This document shows positions 43,189 to 64,000 of a DNA stretch of 64,000 bases, in pieces; within the stretch, counting starts at the first letter, position 1, and each line of letters opens with the position of its first letter. The DNA comes from Eledone cirrhosa. Its lineage: Eukaryota. Location: positions 1 through 64,000 of the forward strand of contig CAXHJY010001579.1 in NCBI GenBank assembly GCA_964016885.1, read 5' to 3'. The translations under genes were made by a program, and so were the position numbers. The notes under the pieces are model-generated. The model saw nothing but the letters and a program-made list of their open reading frames with translations. It made no database searches and had not been told where the DNA came from.

Positions 43189-43238
43189 TATATATGTATG
43201 TATATATATATATGTATGTATATATGTATGTATATATG

Positions 43239-43277
<39 letters not shown>

Positions 43278-43482
43278 ATAAATATGTATGTATGTATATA
43301 TATATATATATATATATGTATGTAAATATATATGTATGTATGTATATATATATATGTATGTATATATATATGTATGTATGTATGTATATATGTATGTATG
43401 TATGTATATATGTATGTATATATATGTATGTATGTATGTATATATATATATGTATGTATGTATATATGTATGTATATATATG

Positions 43483-44010
43483 TTTTCTCTTTCTCTTAAT
43501 TTCGAGTATATTTTTTTGACCGGCCACCTTCCTGGTGGCAAGGTTGTAAAAGAAAAGAAATTGTCATCCCTTGAATCGCAAGAATGTTTTGCATATTTCG
43601 AAGGTGCCAGCTATCGCAGCCATTTGTAGACTATGAATTAGGGAGCTGCGCTTTTTGTCCGCAAATCCAAGTTCGGTCATACTTTGGTCCAAGCGGGTTG
43701 GTATATAACCCGTAGTTCCAATAATGATGGGTATGAAGCTAAAGGTGTATCTTGGATACTGGATTTGTAAGCTCCTCATCAATGGTCCGTAGATGTCCTC
43801 CTTCTCCTGTATTTTTCTGACAACGTTTACATCAAGTGGGCAGCTGATCTCCACAACAGAGCACGTTTTCAATGTGTGGTCCCAAACTACAATATCAGGC
43901 CGGTTGTGCTTTAATTTGGTGGCAGTTTTTATTTTCAGGTTCCACCAGTATTCCTTAGTGCCATCTGTCTCAATATATTCTTCCTCGTTTGTTGTTAATT
44001 TTGTTTTCCG
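43483..44010 (-). mobile_element. 3' fragment of a restriction-like-endonuclease LINE (R4/Dong-like)
   Basis: [56 protein letters not shown], a PD-(D/E)xK C-terminal endonuclease; short 3' UTR. Confidence 0.82.
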
Positions 44011-44038
44011 TATGTATGTATATATGTATGTATGTATG

Positions 44039-44072
<34 letters not shown>

Positions 44073-44230
44073 TGTATATGTATGTATGTATGTATATATA
44101 TATATGTATGTATGTATATATGTATGTATGTATATATATATGTATGTATGTATATATGTATGTATGTATGTATGTATATATGTATGTATGTATGTATATA
44201 TATATATATGTATGTATATATGTATGTATG

Positions 44231-44261
<31 letters not shown>

Positions 44262-44336
44262 ATATATGTATGTATGTATGTATGTATATATGTATATATA
44301 TATGTATATATGTATATATGTATGTATGTATATATG

Positions 44337-44376
<40 letters not shown>

Positions 44377-44378
44377 TG

Positions 44379-44448
<70 letters not shown>

Positions 44449-44533
44449 TGTATGTATGTATGTATGTATATATATATATATGTATGTATGTATATATATA
44501 TGTATATATGTATGTATGTATATATATATGTAT

Positions 44534-44565
<32 letters not shown>

Positions 44566-44684
44566 ATGTATATATATGTATGTATGTATGTATGTATATG
44601 TATGTATGTATATGTATGTATGTATATGTATGTATGTATGTATATATATGTATGTATGTATATATGTATATATATGTATATATG

Positions 44685-44720
<36 letters not shown>

Positions 44721-44878
44721 TGTATATATGTATGTATGTATATATGTATGTATGTATATATGTATGTATATATATGTATGTATGTATGTATGTATATGTA
44801 TGTATATATGTATGTATGTATGTATGTATATGTATGTATATATGTATGTATATATGTATGTATGTATATATGTATGTA

Positions 44879-44914
<36 letters not shown>

Positions 44915-44924
44915 TATATGTATG

Positions 44925-44964
<40 letters not shown>

Positions 44965-45190
44965 TGTATATATATGTATGTATATATATATATATATGTA
45001 TGTATATATGTATGTATATATATATATATATGTATGTATATATGTATGTATATATGTATGTATATATATATGTATATATATATGTATGTATATATGTATG
45101 TATATATGTATGTATGTATATATATATATATATATGTATGTATATATGTATGTATATATATAAATATGTATATATGTATATATATGTATG

Positions 45191-45221
<31 letters not shown>

Positions 45222-45262
45222 ATATGTATATATGTATGTATGTATATATGTATATATGTATG

Positions 45263-45296
<34 letters not shown>

Positions 45297-45378
45297 TGTA
45301 TATATGTATATATGTATGTATGTATATATGTATATATGTATGTATATATGTATGTATGTATGTATATATGTATGTATG

Positions 45379-45409
<31 letters not shown>

Positions 45410-45478
45410 ATATGTATGTATATATATATGTATATATGTATGTATATATATATATATATATGTATGTATATATGTATG

Positions 45479-45509
<31 letters not shown>

Positions 45510-45766
45510 ATATGTATGTATATATATATGTATATATATGTATGTATATATATATATGTATGTATATATGTATGTATATATATATGTATATATGTATGTA
45601 TATATATATGTATATATATGTATGTATATATATATATGTATGTATATATGTATGTATATATATATATATATATGTATGTATATATGTATGTATATATATA
45701 TATATATATATGTATGTATATATGTATGTATATATATATCTATATATATGTATGTATATATGTATG

Positions 45767-45797
<31 letters not shown>

Positions 45798-45918
45798 GTA
45801 TATATATATATATATGTATGTATATATATATATATATATATGTATGTATATATATATATATATGTATGTATATATATATATATATATATGTATGTATATA
45901 TATATATATATATGTATG

Positions 45919-45956
<38 letters not shown>

Positions 45957-46058
45957 TATATATATATATATGTATGTATATATGTATGTATATATATATA
46001 TATATGTATGTATATATGTATGTATATATATATATATATATGTATGTATATATGTATG

Positions 46059-46089
<31 letters not shown>

Positions 46090-46170
46090 ATATGTATGTA
46101 TATATATATATATATATATGTATGTATATATGTATGTATATATATATATATATGTATGTATGTATGTATG

Positions 46171-46201
<31 letters not shown>

Positions 46202-46442
46202 GTATATATATATATATATATGTATGTATATATGTATGTATATATATATATATGTATGTATATATGTATGTATATATATATATATGTATGTATATATGTA
46301 TGTATATATATATATATGTATGTATATATGTATGTATATATATATATATATATGTATCTATATATGTATGTATATATATATATATATATGTATCTATATA
46401 TGTATGTATATATATATATATATATGTATCTATATATGTATG

Positions 46443-46505
<63 letters not shown>

Positions 46506-46516
46506 GTATATGTATG

Positions 46517-46553
<37 letters not shown>

Positions 46554-46600
46554 GTATATGTATGTATATATATATATATATATATGTATGTATATGTATG

Positions 46601-46637
<37 letters not shown>

Positions 46638-46648
46638 GTATATGTATG

Positions 46649-46681
<33 letters not shown>

Positions 46682-46722
46682 GTATATATGTATATATATA
46701 TATATATATATGTATGTATATG

Positions 46723-46765
<43 letters not shown>

Positions 46766-46802
46766 ATGTATGTATATATATATATATATATGTATGTATA
46801 TG

Positions 46803-46845
<43 letters not shown>

Positions 46846-46852
46846 ATGTATG

Positions 46853-46889
<37 letters not shown>

Positions 46890-46896
46890 ATGTATG

Positions 46897-46933
<37 letters not shown>

Positions 46934-46940
46934 ATGTATG

Positions 46941-46977
<37 letters not shown>

Positions 46978-47088
46978 ATGTATGTATATATATATATATG
47001 TATGTATGTATATGTATGTATATATATATATATGTATGTATGTATATGTATGTATATATATATATATATATGTATGTATATATGTATG

Positions 47089-47125
<37 letters not shown>

Positions 47126-47132
47126 ATGTATG

Positions 47133-47218
<86 letters not shown>

Positions 47219-47220
47219 TA

Positions 47221-47287
<67 letters not shown>

Positions 47288-47292
47288 ATATA

Positions 47293-47325
<33 letters not shown>

Positions 47326-47464
47326 ATATATGTATGTATGTATGTATATATATATGTATGTATGTATGTATGTATATATGTATATATATATGTATGTATG
47401 TATATATATATGTATGTATGTATGTATATATGTATATATATATGTATATATGTATATATATATG

Positions 47465-47495
<31 letters not shown>

Positions 47496-47699
47496 GTATG
47501 TATGTATGTATATATATATATGTATGTATGTATGTATATATGTATGTATGTATGTATATGTATATATGTATGTATATATGTATATGTATATATGTATGTA
47601 TATATGTATGTATATGTATATATGTATGTATATATGTATGTATATATATATGTATGGATGTATGTATGTATATATATATATATGTATGTATGTATATAT
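44011..47699. repeat. 3.7-kb (TA)n/(TATG)n array
   Basis: Direct reading. Confidence 0.98.
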
Positions 47700-48309
47700 G
47701 TCAGGTCACCAGTTGGTGCTATTGGTAACATGTATCCCAGTACAACCTGTCTCATGGTCGGGTCGTTGGCGACTAAACTGGCAACCCCACTAAGGTTTCT
47801 TGGTGAGGAGGGTGGCTTTGGACATCCTGCAGGACTAAAAACAAAACCTGTCAAAAGGCAAAGGGGCTCTTAAGAGTCAATAGCCATCCAAAATCACTGG
47901 GAGAGATGACCCCTTAGCCTTTGTCAAGGCAGAATTCTAGGAGAAGGAAAACTCTGATATAACACCTGCAACCCTGATGGTATCCAATGATGTTGAATTG
48001 TTCTTCTTTTTGGTAAATATCATCTTGGTTAAGAGAGTGGGACTGGCTTTGTGCAGTGCCTTTGCTCACTAGAAAAGCTTCACAGCACAGGCATTGCTTT
48101 ATATCTGGAGATCTCTCTGCACTTGTCGTCACATGGTACCAAGGGCCCAGCACTATGTGTCAATAAATGTCACAAGTGTAGTGTTTGTACCAGAGTTTTC
48201 AAGTCGCTGGCTGGACTAAAAAGTAACACTCGTTCAGCGCATTGGTAGGGGTTCTCCTACATGGATATAAAGTAGTGGCCGTACTCGAAAACGAGTTGGC
48301 AGCCACCAT
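47700..48309 (+). mobile_element. Non-autonomous bipartite RTE derivative, copy 2 (full length)
   Basis: Starts GTCAGGTCACC; ends CTCGAAAACGAGTTGGCAGCCACCAT. Confidence 0.87.
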
Positions 48310-49127
48310 GTATATATATATATATATGTATATGTGTATGTATGTATGTATGTGTATATATATGTATATGTATGTGTATGTATGTATGTATATGTGTATT
48401 ATGTATATATATGTGTATATATATATATATGTATTGTGTATATATGTATGTATTGTGTATATATGTATGTATTGTGTATATGTATATATATATATATATG
48501 TATGTATATATATATGTATGTATATGTATGTATATGTGTATGTATGTATATGTATGTATGTGTATATGTATGTGTGTGTGTATGTATATATATGTGTATG
48601 TATGTATGTATATGTATGTATATGTATATGTATGTATATATTTTTTTTGTATATATATATGTATATGTATGTGTATGTGTGTATGTGTGTGTATATATGT
48701 GTATATGTGTATGTATGTATATATATATGTATGTATATGTATATGTATATATATATGTATGTATGTGTGTATATATGTATGTGTGTATATATATATGTAT
48801 TATGTATATATATATGTATATTATGTATGTATGTGTATTGTGTATATATATGTATGTGTATTGTGTATATATATGTGTATATAGATATATGTATATATGT
48901 GTATTATGTATGTATATGTGTATATATATATGTATATGTATATGTATGTATATATATGTATGTATGTATGTATGTGTGTATGTATGTATGTGTGTAGGTA
49001 TATATGTATATATATATGTATGTATGTATATATGTATGTATGTGTGTATATGTATGTATGTATGTATGTATATGTATATGTGTATGTATATATATATGTA
49101 TGTATATATATATGTATATATATATAT

Positions 49128-49737
49128 GTCAGGTCACCACTTGGTGCTACTGGTAACATGTATCCCAGTACAACCTGTCTCATGGTCGGGTCGTTGGCGA
49201 CTAAACTGGCAATCCCACCAAGGTTTCTTGTTGAGGAGGGTGACTTTGGACATCCTGCAGGACTAAAAACAAAACCTGTCAAAGGGCAAAGGAGCTCTTA
49301 AGAGTCAATGGCCATCCAAAATCACTGGGAGAGATGACCCCTTAGCCTTTGTCAAGGCAGATTTCTAGGAGAAGGAAAACTCTGATATAACACCTGCAAC
49401 CCTGATGGTATCCAATGATGTTGACTTGTTCTTCTTTTTGGTAAATATCATCTTGGTTAAGACAGTGGGACTGGCTTTGTGCAGTGCCTTTGCTCACTAT
49501 AAAAGCTTCACGGCACAGGCATTGCTTTATATCTGGAGATCTCTCTGCACTTGTCGTCACATGGTACCAACTACAAAGCACTATGTGTCAATAATTGTCA
49601 CAAATGTAGTGTTTGTACTAGAGTTTTCAAGTCGCTGGCTGGACTAAAAAGTCACACTCGTTCAGCGCATCGGTAGGGGTTCTCCTACATGGATATAAAG
49701 TAGTGGCCGTACTCGAAAACGAGTTGGCAGCCACCAT
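49128..49737 (+). mobile_element. Non-autonomous bipartite RTE derivative, copy 3 (full length)
   Basis: Same termini as copy 2. Confidence 0.87.
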
Positions 49738-49838
49738 ATATATATGTATGTATGTATATATATATGTATATATATATATGTATGTATGTATATATATATG
49801 TATGTATGTATATATATATGTATGTATGTATATATATA

Positions 49839-50045
49839 TCTGAACACTGCCCGAACTGCATGCACAAGAACTTTGCAACATTCAAACACTTTAAGCCAGT
49901 GTTAAAGCCCGATGGCTAAAAACGACCTCCCCCTATTGGCCCCTATACATCCTCCCCACCCTACCCCCACCCCTCCTCAACCTGAAATACGGCCACTATG
50001 GTCATGTGAGTACCTCTTTTGTATCTACTTTTTCTGCCTGTAGAG
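49839..50045 (+). mobile_element. Probable 3' end / pseudo-LTR fragment of another Penelope-like element
   Basis: SEHCPNCMHKNF..* resembles the PLE C-terminal C-x-H-x-N motif; followed by a C-rich tract like 52770-52800. Confidence 0.35.
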
Positions 50046-50099
50046 GTGTCTTTATGTGCCTGTGTATATGCGTATATTTATTGAGTACCTATTTACTTG

Positions 50100-50172
50100 T
50101 ATGTGTATATATTTGTTTGTATATGTGTATATGTGTATGTGTTGTGTGTGTATATATATATGTATGTGTATG

Positions 50173-50205
<33 letters not shown>

Positions 50206-50212
50206 GTATATA

Positions 50213-50267
<55 letters not shown>

Positions 50268-50377
50268 ATGTATATATGTGTATATATATATATGTTTGTG
50301 TGAATACGTGTTTTATGTGTGTATATTTATGTTTGTATGTATGTATGTATATATGTGTGTGTATGTATGTATATGTA

Positions 50378-50433
<56 letters not shown>

Positions 50434-50733
50434 TGTATGTATATGTACGTATATGTATGTGTATGTATATGTGTGTGTGTATGTATGTGTATGTATATGT
50501 ATGTTTGTATATGTGTGTGTGTGTATATATTTGTCTGTATATATGTGTATGTATGTATATGTATGTGTATGTATGTGTATGTATATATATGTATATATAT
50601 ATATATATATATGGATATATATGTATATATATATATGTGTATATATATATATATGTGTGTATATATATATATATATGTGTGTATATGTATATATATATAT
50701 ATATGCGTGTGCGTGTATGTGTGTATATGTGTG

Positions 50734-50772
<39 letters not shown>

Positions 50773-51024
50773 ATATGTATGTGTTTGTGTGTATGTATAT
50801 GTATATATATGTGTGTATATATGTGTGTGTATTTGTGAGTGTATATGTACATATATGAGTGTGTGTGTATGTACGTATGTGTATGTATATGTTTGTGTAT
50901 ATGTATATGCATGCGTGTATATATATATATGTATATATATGTGTATATATATATATGTATGTATGTATGTGTATGTGTATGTGTGTGTATGTATGTATTT
51001 GTATGTGTCTGTGTATATATACAT

Positions 51025-51064
<40 letters not shown>

Positions 51065-51171
51065 ATATATATGTATATATGTGTATATATGTGCATGAGA
51101 GAGAGAATGTGTGTGTGTATATATATTTTGTGTGTGGGTGTGTGTATGTGTGTACGCACGTGTGTGTGTGT

Positions 51172-51211
<40 letters not shown>

Positions 51212-51227
51212 ATGTGTGTGTGTATGC

Positions 51228-51277
<50 letters not shown>

Positions 51278-51580
51278 ATGTATATATATATGTGTGTGTA
51301 TTTGTGCGTTATATCTCTGTATATATATGTGTATATTTATGTATAGGTCTGTGTATGCATGTGTACGTTTGTGTATGTATGGATTTATGTATGTATATAT
51401 ATATGTGTGTATATATATATATATATATACATGTGTATATATGTATATATATATATATATATATGTATTTGTATGTGTGTGTTTAGAGGGATATATATAT
51501 ATATATGTATGTATATATGTGTGTGTGTATGTATGTGTATGTATATATATATATATATGTATATGTGTGTATGTATATAT

Positions 51581-51621
<41 letters not shown>

Positions 51622-51897
51622 TATATGTATGTAAGTGTATATATGTGTATGTGTGTGTGTATGTATGTGTGTATATATATGTATGTGTATATATGTATAT
51701 ATATATATATGTGTGTGTATGTGTGTGTGTATAGATATTTATACATATGTATACTCGTGTTTGTATGTATGCGTGTGAGTGTATTTACTTGTGTATATAT
51801 ATATGTGTGTATGTGTGTATGTATGTGTATGTGTGTGTGTATCCGTGTGTGTGTGTATATATATATATATGTATATATATATATGTATATATGTATG

Positions 51898-51942
<45 letters not shown>

Positions 51943-52057
51943 GTATATGTATGTATGTGTGTATATATATATATGTATATATATATATGTATGTATGTGT
52001 GTGTGTGTGTATGTGTGTATATATATATATATATATGTGTATATATGTATGTGTGTG

Positions 52058-52107
<50 letters not shown>

Positions 52108-52400
52108 GTGTGCGTATGTATATGTGTATATGTATTTTATATATGTATGTATGTATGTATGTGTGTATGTATGTGCGTGTACATGAATATATATTTGTAT
52201 ATATTTATATACTTTTTTTATATATGTGTGTGTGTTTTTATGTGTGTATTTGTGTTTATGTGTGTGTTTATGGTTGCGCGTAAGTGTGTGAGTGAGTATG
52301 TGTGTTTTTTGGGGTTTTTTTTTTTTAGGTGTGGGTTTTTTTTGTTTTTCTGTTTTTTTTTGGTTTTTTTGGGGTTTTTTTGTTTTTTTGTGAATGTGTC
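50100..52400. repeat. Degenerate (TA)/(TG) array ending in T/G-rich low-complexity sequence
   Basis: Direct reading; looks error-rich. Confidence 0.9.
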
Positions 52401-52757
52401 TGTTGATTTGGCATATTGTTGATTAGTTTAAGAGAAGTTCGAAGATAATAGTAAGATATGCACTCAGTATTTTTAATCTGTCTGCAGAATTCCCTAGACC
52501 TTTGTCACTTAGCAGAACTTAATGACTTTAGCTTTTAAAGAATCTCCCTTTTCTTTAACTCTATGGAGCATGAATGACCCCCCACTGATTTTATAGACAT
52601 CTGCTTGCTTAAGAGAAACTTATTGACAAGGAATGGTATGCCATCCGGAACTTGTTTATAGATTTCTGTCTGCCTTTGTTACTCTAAAAACATAAATAAA
52701 TATAAATTAACTATAGCTATGTAGAATTAGCCTTTAATGAATTCCCTTCTCTATCAA

Positions 52758-52817
52758 CCAATGACCTGCACCCATCCCACTCCCCACCCTCTCCTACCAC
52801 TTGTAGAGACCTATAAA
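52758..52817 (+). promoter_or_regulatory. Putative Pol II promoter of the PLE pseudo-LTR
   Basis: CCAAT 52758-52762, CACCC boxes and TATAAA 52812-52817, about 25 nt upstream of the hammerhead. Confidence 0.5.
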
Positions 52818-52841
52818 TACCATATTTATCTTTTGATACCC

Positions 52842-52892
52842 AGATTCCTGATGATTTCTAATGAATGAAACAGTTCTAGTCCTGTAGAATCT
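52842..52892 (+). ncRNA. Type I hammerhead ribozyme
   Basis: Stem I AGATTC/GAATCT; CTGATGA; stem II TTC-TAAT-GAA with a U.U first pair; GAAA; stem III CAG/CTG; GUA cleavage triplet at 52884-52886. Confidence 0.8.
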
Positions 52893-53381
52893 CTTCTATA
52901 TTAAAACTATTATACTCTGCTATGTATTGAGTACCTTACTTACTGTGGTTACCTCCGATTCAACCCGGAATAACGTACATTTTAGCACTCTCTGTGCCCC
53001 TTATAACCATCATCAAGAAACCATGTTGACCAAACTCGACCTTGATATTTCCTTGAAGAACATCCCTATCCCTCCAAGGAAACTATACTTAAAAACACTC
53101 ATCAGACGTACCGACGAGTTCATCAAGCGAATTAGATGGAGGGCCTTCTTCCTCGACAACCCTGATGTAGCATCTACCAATGATGAGAAGTTCGGCTTCA
53201 AAACGAATAAGACACCACCCACCAACAGCCTACTCCAACCATTTGAGGAAGACCTCTTCAAGATGATCAAGGATATTAAATTCCGTAGAGCCACCACACC
53301 ATTCCAGGCCTACTTAAATGCCGAATTACGGAATATAAAAAAATCCCCTAATCTTTATGTCTCCTCCGATAAAACCAAAAA

Positions 53382-54545
<1,164 letters not shown>

Positions 54546-56280
54546 TAACTTTGAATAACTTTGAAATGTTTTGGCCAGTATTGGCCCAGGCCATGTCTAA
54601 CTTAATAGCACCACCTGGCGAAGTCTTTCAATTCAGGATTTGGGCACCATGGCCCATTCGAGAAGAGAATTACTGTTTGCGGAGACATATCCGGGTGTGG
54701 GTGGTTTGTCCGGGATTACTTGGAGGAATTTGTCCAAAGACTTCTTGAATCTTGTGTGGTCAGTTTCTGTTTTGACGTGTCCTGGTGTGATGTTGAAGAG
54801 AGCAGGGCCGATTGAGGTGAAATAATTGTGCCGTATTGTTGTTATGAGTTGCGATTTAGATTTTTGAATGGGACGGATAGCACGGGGCCCAAGCCTTGGG
54901 TGTATCTTGAAGGCGATGCCAACATCATTTGGGCAGTGATGATGGAACATTTTCCACATCATGCAGATAATATAACGCTCACGGCGACGTTGGAGTGAGT
55001 AAAGTTTCAGGTTTTCCAATCGACCCCAGTAGTCAAGGTCTGACATGCCATCTATCTTTTTCGTGATTGCCCTTTGAGGAGCTTCAAGTTTCATGATACT
55101 TTGTTTCGTGTGGGGAGACCACAGTGGACAACAGTATTCAAGGTGTGGTCGGGCGAAAGTAGAGAAGAGAAGGATAATGGTGCGGGAATCTCTCGACTGG
55201 AAGGTTCTGAGGATCCAGGAACACATTCTGCGGGCCTTGTCAACTTTGCTGCTTATATGCGTGGTCCAGCTTATGTTGCTGTCCACGGTTACTCCCAAGT
55301 CTCTGATGTTGTTAGATGCCACGAGAGTTTCCCCGGAGGGAAGGGAGTACGGGAGTTTCAGAGCATCCTCTTTTCCAAAGTGGATCAGTTCGAATTTGTC
55401 TTCGTTCAGTAACATGTTGTTCTTTTCTGCCCATTGGGTAACAGCCAGTAGGTCTGACTGAAGGCTTATCCGGTCATCCACGCCATTGATGACCTTTTGG
55501 AGCTTGGAATCATCAGCGAAAATTTTAATGTTGCTGTGTTTGATGATGTCAGTGATGTCATTAATATAGATGATGAAGAGAAGTGGGCCCAACACAGTGC
55601 CTTGTGGGACTCCACTACTGACTTTGGCTGGGCTTGATTTGACTCCCTCAACTACAACATGTTGGGTTCTGTTTGACAGGAAGCTCTTGATCCACTGCAG
55701 CAGCTTTCCAGTGACACCAATATTGGACAGCTTTCTCAGTAGAATGTTATGATCAACCCTGTCAAAGGCCTTGCTGAAATCAAGGTAGAAAGGTAGATAA
55801 CATCAGTGTTGGAACCCTCTCCCAAGGCTCTCAAAATGTCATCAAAGTGATGCAGTAGTTGCGTCAGGCAATCCCTTCCATTACGGAATCCATGCTGGTT
55901 GGAGTTCAGCATATTGTTACTCTCAAGGAAGTGGGTCATTCGCGATCTCACCACTCGCTCAAATACCTTAATGATATGAGAGGTGAGTGAGATTGGACGG
56001 TAATTCACGGCAAGGGATTTGTTTCCCTTTTTGAAAACTGGCACAACAGACTGGGATAGAAGGTTTTCTGGCACATATCCAGCATCCAGTGAGTTCCGCC
56101 ACAGATTGGCAAGAGGAGAAGCAAGTTGGTGTTGACACGCCTTCAAGACACAAGCAGGGGAACCTATGGGGACCTACTGCTGAATTATGTTTGATTTCCT
56201 TTATTGCCGCCAAGACATCAGGGGCGCCAAACGTTATGTCCGATAAGGTGTAATGGGGAGTAACATCGCCGATACAGCCC
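54546..56280 (-). mobile_element. 5'-truncated CR1-group LINE with frameshifted RT
   Basis: [61 protein letters not shown]; tail (TTCAAAGTTA)2. Confidence 0.88.
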
Positions 56281-56301
56281 ATATATATATATATGTATGT
56301 A

Positions 56302-56371
<70 letters not shown>

Positions 56372-56373
56372 TG

Positions 56374-56404
<31 letters not shown>

Positions 56405-56507
56405 ATATATATAGTATATATATGTATGTATATATATATGTATATATATATATGTATGTATGTATATGTATTGTATATATATGTATGTATATATATATGT
56501 ATGTATG

Positions 56508-56541
<34 letters not shown>

Positions 56542-56709
56542 TGTATATATATGTATGTATGTATATATATGTATGTATATGTATATATATATGTATATAT
56601 ATATATGTATGTATGTATATATATATATATATGTATGTATGCTATATGTATGTATATATAGTATGTATATATATGTTATGTATGTATATATAGGTATATA
56701 TATATATGT

Positions 56710-56741
<32 letters not shown>

Positions 56742-57040
56742 TATGTATATATGTATATATACTTGTATGTATGTATATATGTATGTATGTATATATATAT
56801 ATATGTATGTATATATATATGTGTATATATATATATGTATGTATGTATATGTATGTATATATATGTATGTATAGTATATATGTATATATATGTATGTATG
56901 TATATATATGTATGTATATGTATATATATATGTATATATATATACTGTATATATATATAATATGTATGTATGTATATGTATATATATATATATGTATGTA
57001 TAATTGTATGTATATATATGTATAATATATGTATGTATGT

Positions 57041-57077
<37 letters not shown>

Positions 57078-57080
57078 ATG

Positions 57081-57134
<54 letters not shown>

Positions 57135-57395
57135 GTATATATATATATGTATGTATATGTATGTATATATATGTATATATATATATGTATGTATATATAT
57201 ATATATGTATGTATGTATATATATATATATGTATATATCTATATGTATGTATGTATATATATATATATGTATGTATGTATATATATATATATGTATATAT
57301 CTATATGTATGTATATATATATAATATATATATATGTATATATCTATATGTATGTATATATATATATATATGTAATATATCTATATGTATGTATA
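56281..57395. repeat. (TA)n/(TATG)n array
   Basis: Direct reading. Confidence 0.97.
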
Positions 57396-57462
57396 TTTTT
57401 AATATTCAAACTTCTAATAGGGCTTAATTTTTGTGTAGTGGAACATAGATGTGTGGGGTTGT

Positions 57463-57505
<43 letters not shown>

Positions 57506-57851
57506 ACATATATACATGTATATATTGTACCTTTTGATTTTTAATTTGGAATTTTAATGTTGGTAAAAGTATATTATTATTATAATGTATTATATTGTGT
57601 TATATATAATTCATGCTCTATATAACCCAAATTTGTTTAGATTTAGGTTGGTTGCTTTGGACTATCATTTGTAATATGGTTCTTAATGTTATCTACATCC
57701 TTAGTTATTCTTATTATATATTTTTATTATTTTTATCTTTATTTTCATTTTTATTATCATATATTTTTGTAAGACATTAGTGTATGTACACTCCATATTC
57801 TTCAGAGTTTCTGGCTTGTATCTGCCGATATTACCTCTTGTTGTTTTGATT

Positions 57852-57889
57852 GCCCTGATGAGTCCTTAATAGGACGAAACATTGTCGGC
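57852..57889 (+). ncRNA. Minimal type I hammerhead ribozyme in an AT-rich island (57400-57935)
   Basis: GCC CTGATGA GTCCT-TAAT-AGGAC GAAA C-ATT-G TC GGC; GUC cleavage triplet at 57884-57886. Confidence 0.88.
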
Positions 57890-57938
57890 TATTTAAAAAC
57901 TTTTGATGTATTAAAGGATTCTTTGTTTTACTCTCTTA

Positions 57939-61520
<3,582 letters not shown>

Positions 61521-61525
61521 AATAT

Positions 61526-62135
61526 GTCAGGTCACCAGTTGGTGCTACTGGTAACATGTATCCCAGTACAACCTGTCTCATGGTCGGGTCGTTGGCGACT
61601 AAACTAGCAACCCCACCAAGGTTTCTTGGTGAGGAGGGTGACTTTGGACATCCTGCAGGACTAAAAACAAAACCTGTCAAAGGGCAAAGGAGCTCTTAAG
61701 AGTCAATGGCCATCCAATTATCACCGGGAGAGAAGACCCCCTTAGCCTTTGTCAAGGCAGAATTCTAGGAGAAGGAAAACTCTGATATAACACCTGCAAC
61801 TCTGATGGTATCCAATGATGTTGACTTGTTCTTCTTTTTGGTAAATATCATCTTGGTTAAGAGAGTGGGACTGGCTTTGTACAGTGCCTTTGCTCACTAT
61901 AAAAGCTTCATGGCACAGGCATTGCTTTATATCTGGAGATCTCTCTGCACTTGTCGTCACATGGTACCATGGGCCCAGCACTATGTGTCAATAATTGTCA
62001 CAAGTGTAGTGTTTGTACCAGAGTTTTCAAGTCGTTGGCTGGACTAAAGTCACATTCGTTCAGGCGCATCGGTAGGAGTTCTCCTACATGGATATAAAGT
62101 AGTGGCCATACTCGAAACGAGTTGGCAGCCACCAT
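61526..62135 (+). mobile_element. Non-autonomous bipartite RTE derivative, copy 4 (full length)
   Basis: Same termini as copy 2. Confidence 0.87.

Positions 62136-64000
<1,865 letters not shown>

Larger units (their letters stand above)
52420..53381 (+). mobile_element. Penelope-like element 5' region (pseudo-LTR, hammerhead and ORF start), Hydra-clade-like
   Basis: ORF from ATG 53023: [44 protein letters not shown], then truncated in (TA)n; left boundary approximate. Confidence 0.82.

Noticed and set aside
47700-47860. Possible HDV-like ribozyme at the 5' end of the 610-bp element (GGTCACC/GGTGACT and CCAGTT/AACTGG pairings, CTAA motifs)
   Set aside because: I could not assemble the P1-P2-P3-P1.1-P4 order with a proper L3; needs a descriptor search before it can be claimed.
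52300-52740. T/G-rich tract and scrambled PLE-like sequence
   Set aside because: Looks like low-quality consensus; not interpreted as a biological feature.

Overview
Eukaryotic, repeat-dominated DNA. The SINE families, LINE mix and extreme (TA)n load suggest a cephalopod (octopus-like) genome; this is inference. The window has three zones. (1) 1-10.3 kb and (3) 40.1-64 kb are very long G-interrupted (TA)n/(TATG)n arrays holding at least six retroelement lineages: RTE LINEs with a PHD finger inside the RT, Hydra-type Penelope-like elements (PLEs), an R4/Dong-type fragment, a CR1-group fragment, four copies of a ~610-bp non-autonomous RTE derivative, and hammerhead-ribozyme elements. (2) 10.3-40.1 kb is ordinary intronic/intergenic DNA with tRNA-derived SINEs, Helitrons, hAT and piggyBac-like MITEs, decayed RTEs and a few candidate small exons. 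Nearly all long Y/I/M/C/V ORFs in the track are microsatellite artefacts. The most notable signal is three type I hammerhead ribozyme folds read directly from the sequence. One lies in a non-coding 485-nt unit integrated as about 1.3 tandem copies, as expected of a retrozyme copied from a circular RNA, and it sits near the PLE machinery that could mobilise it.
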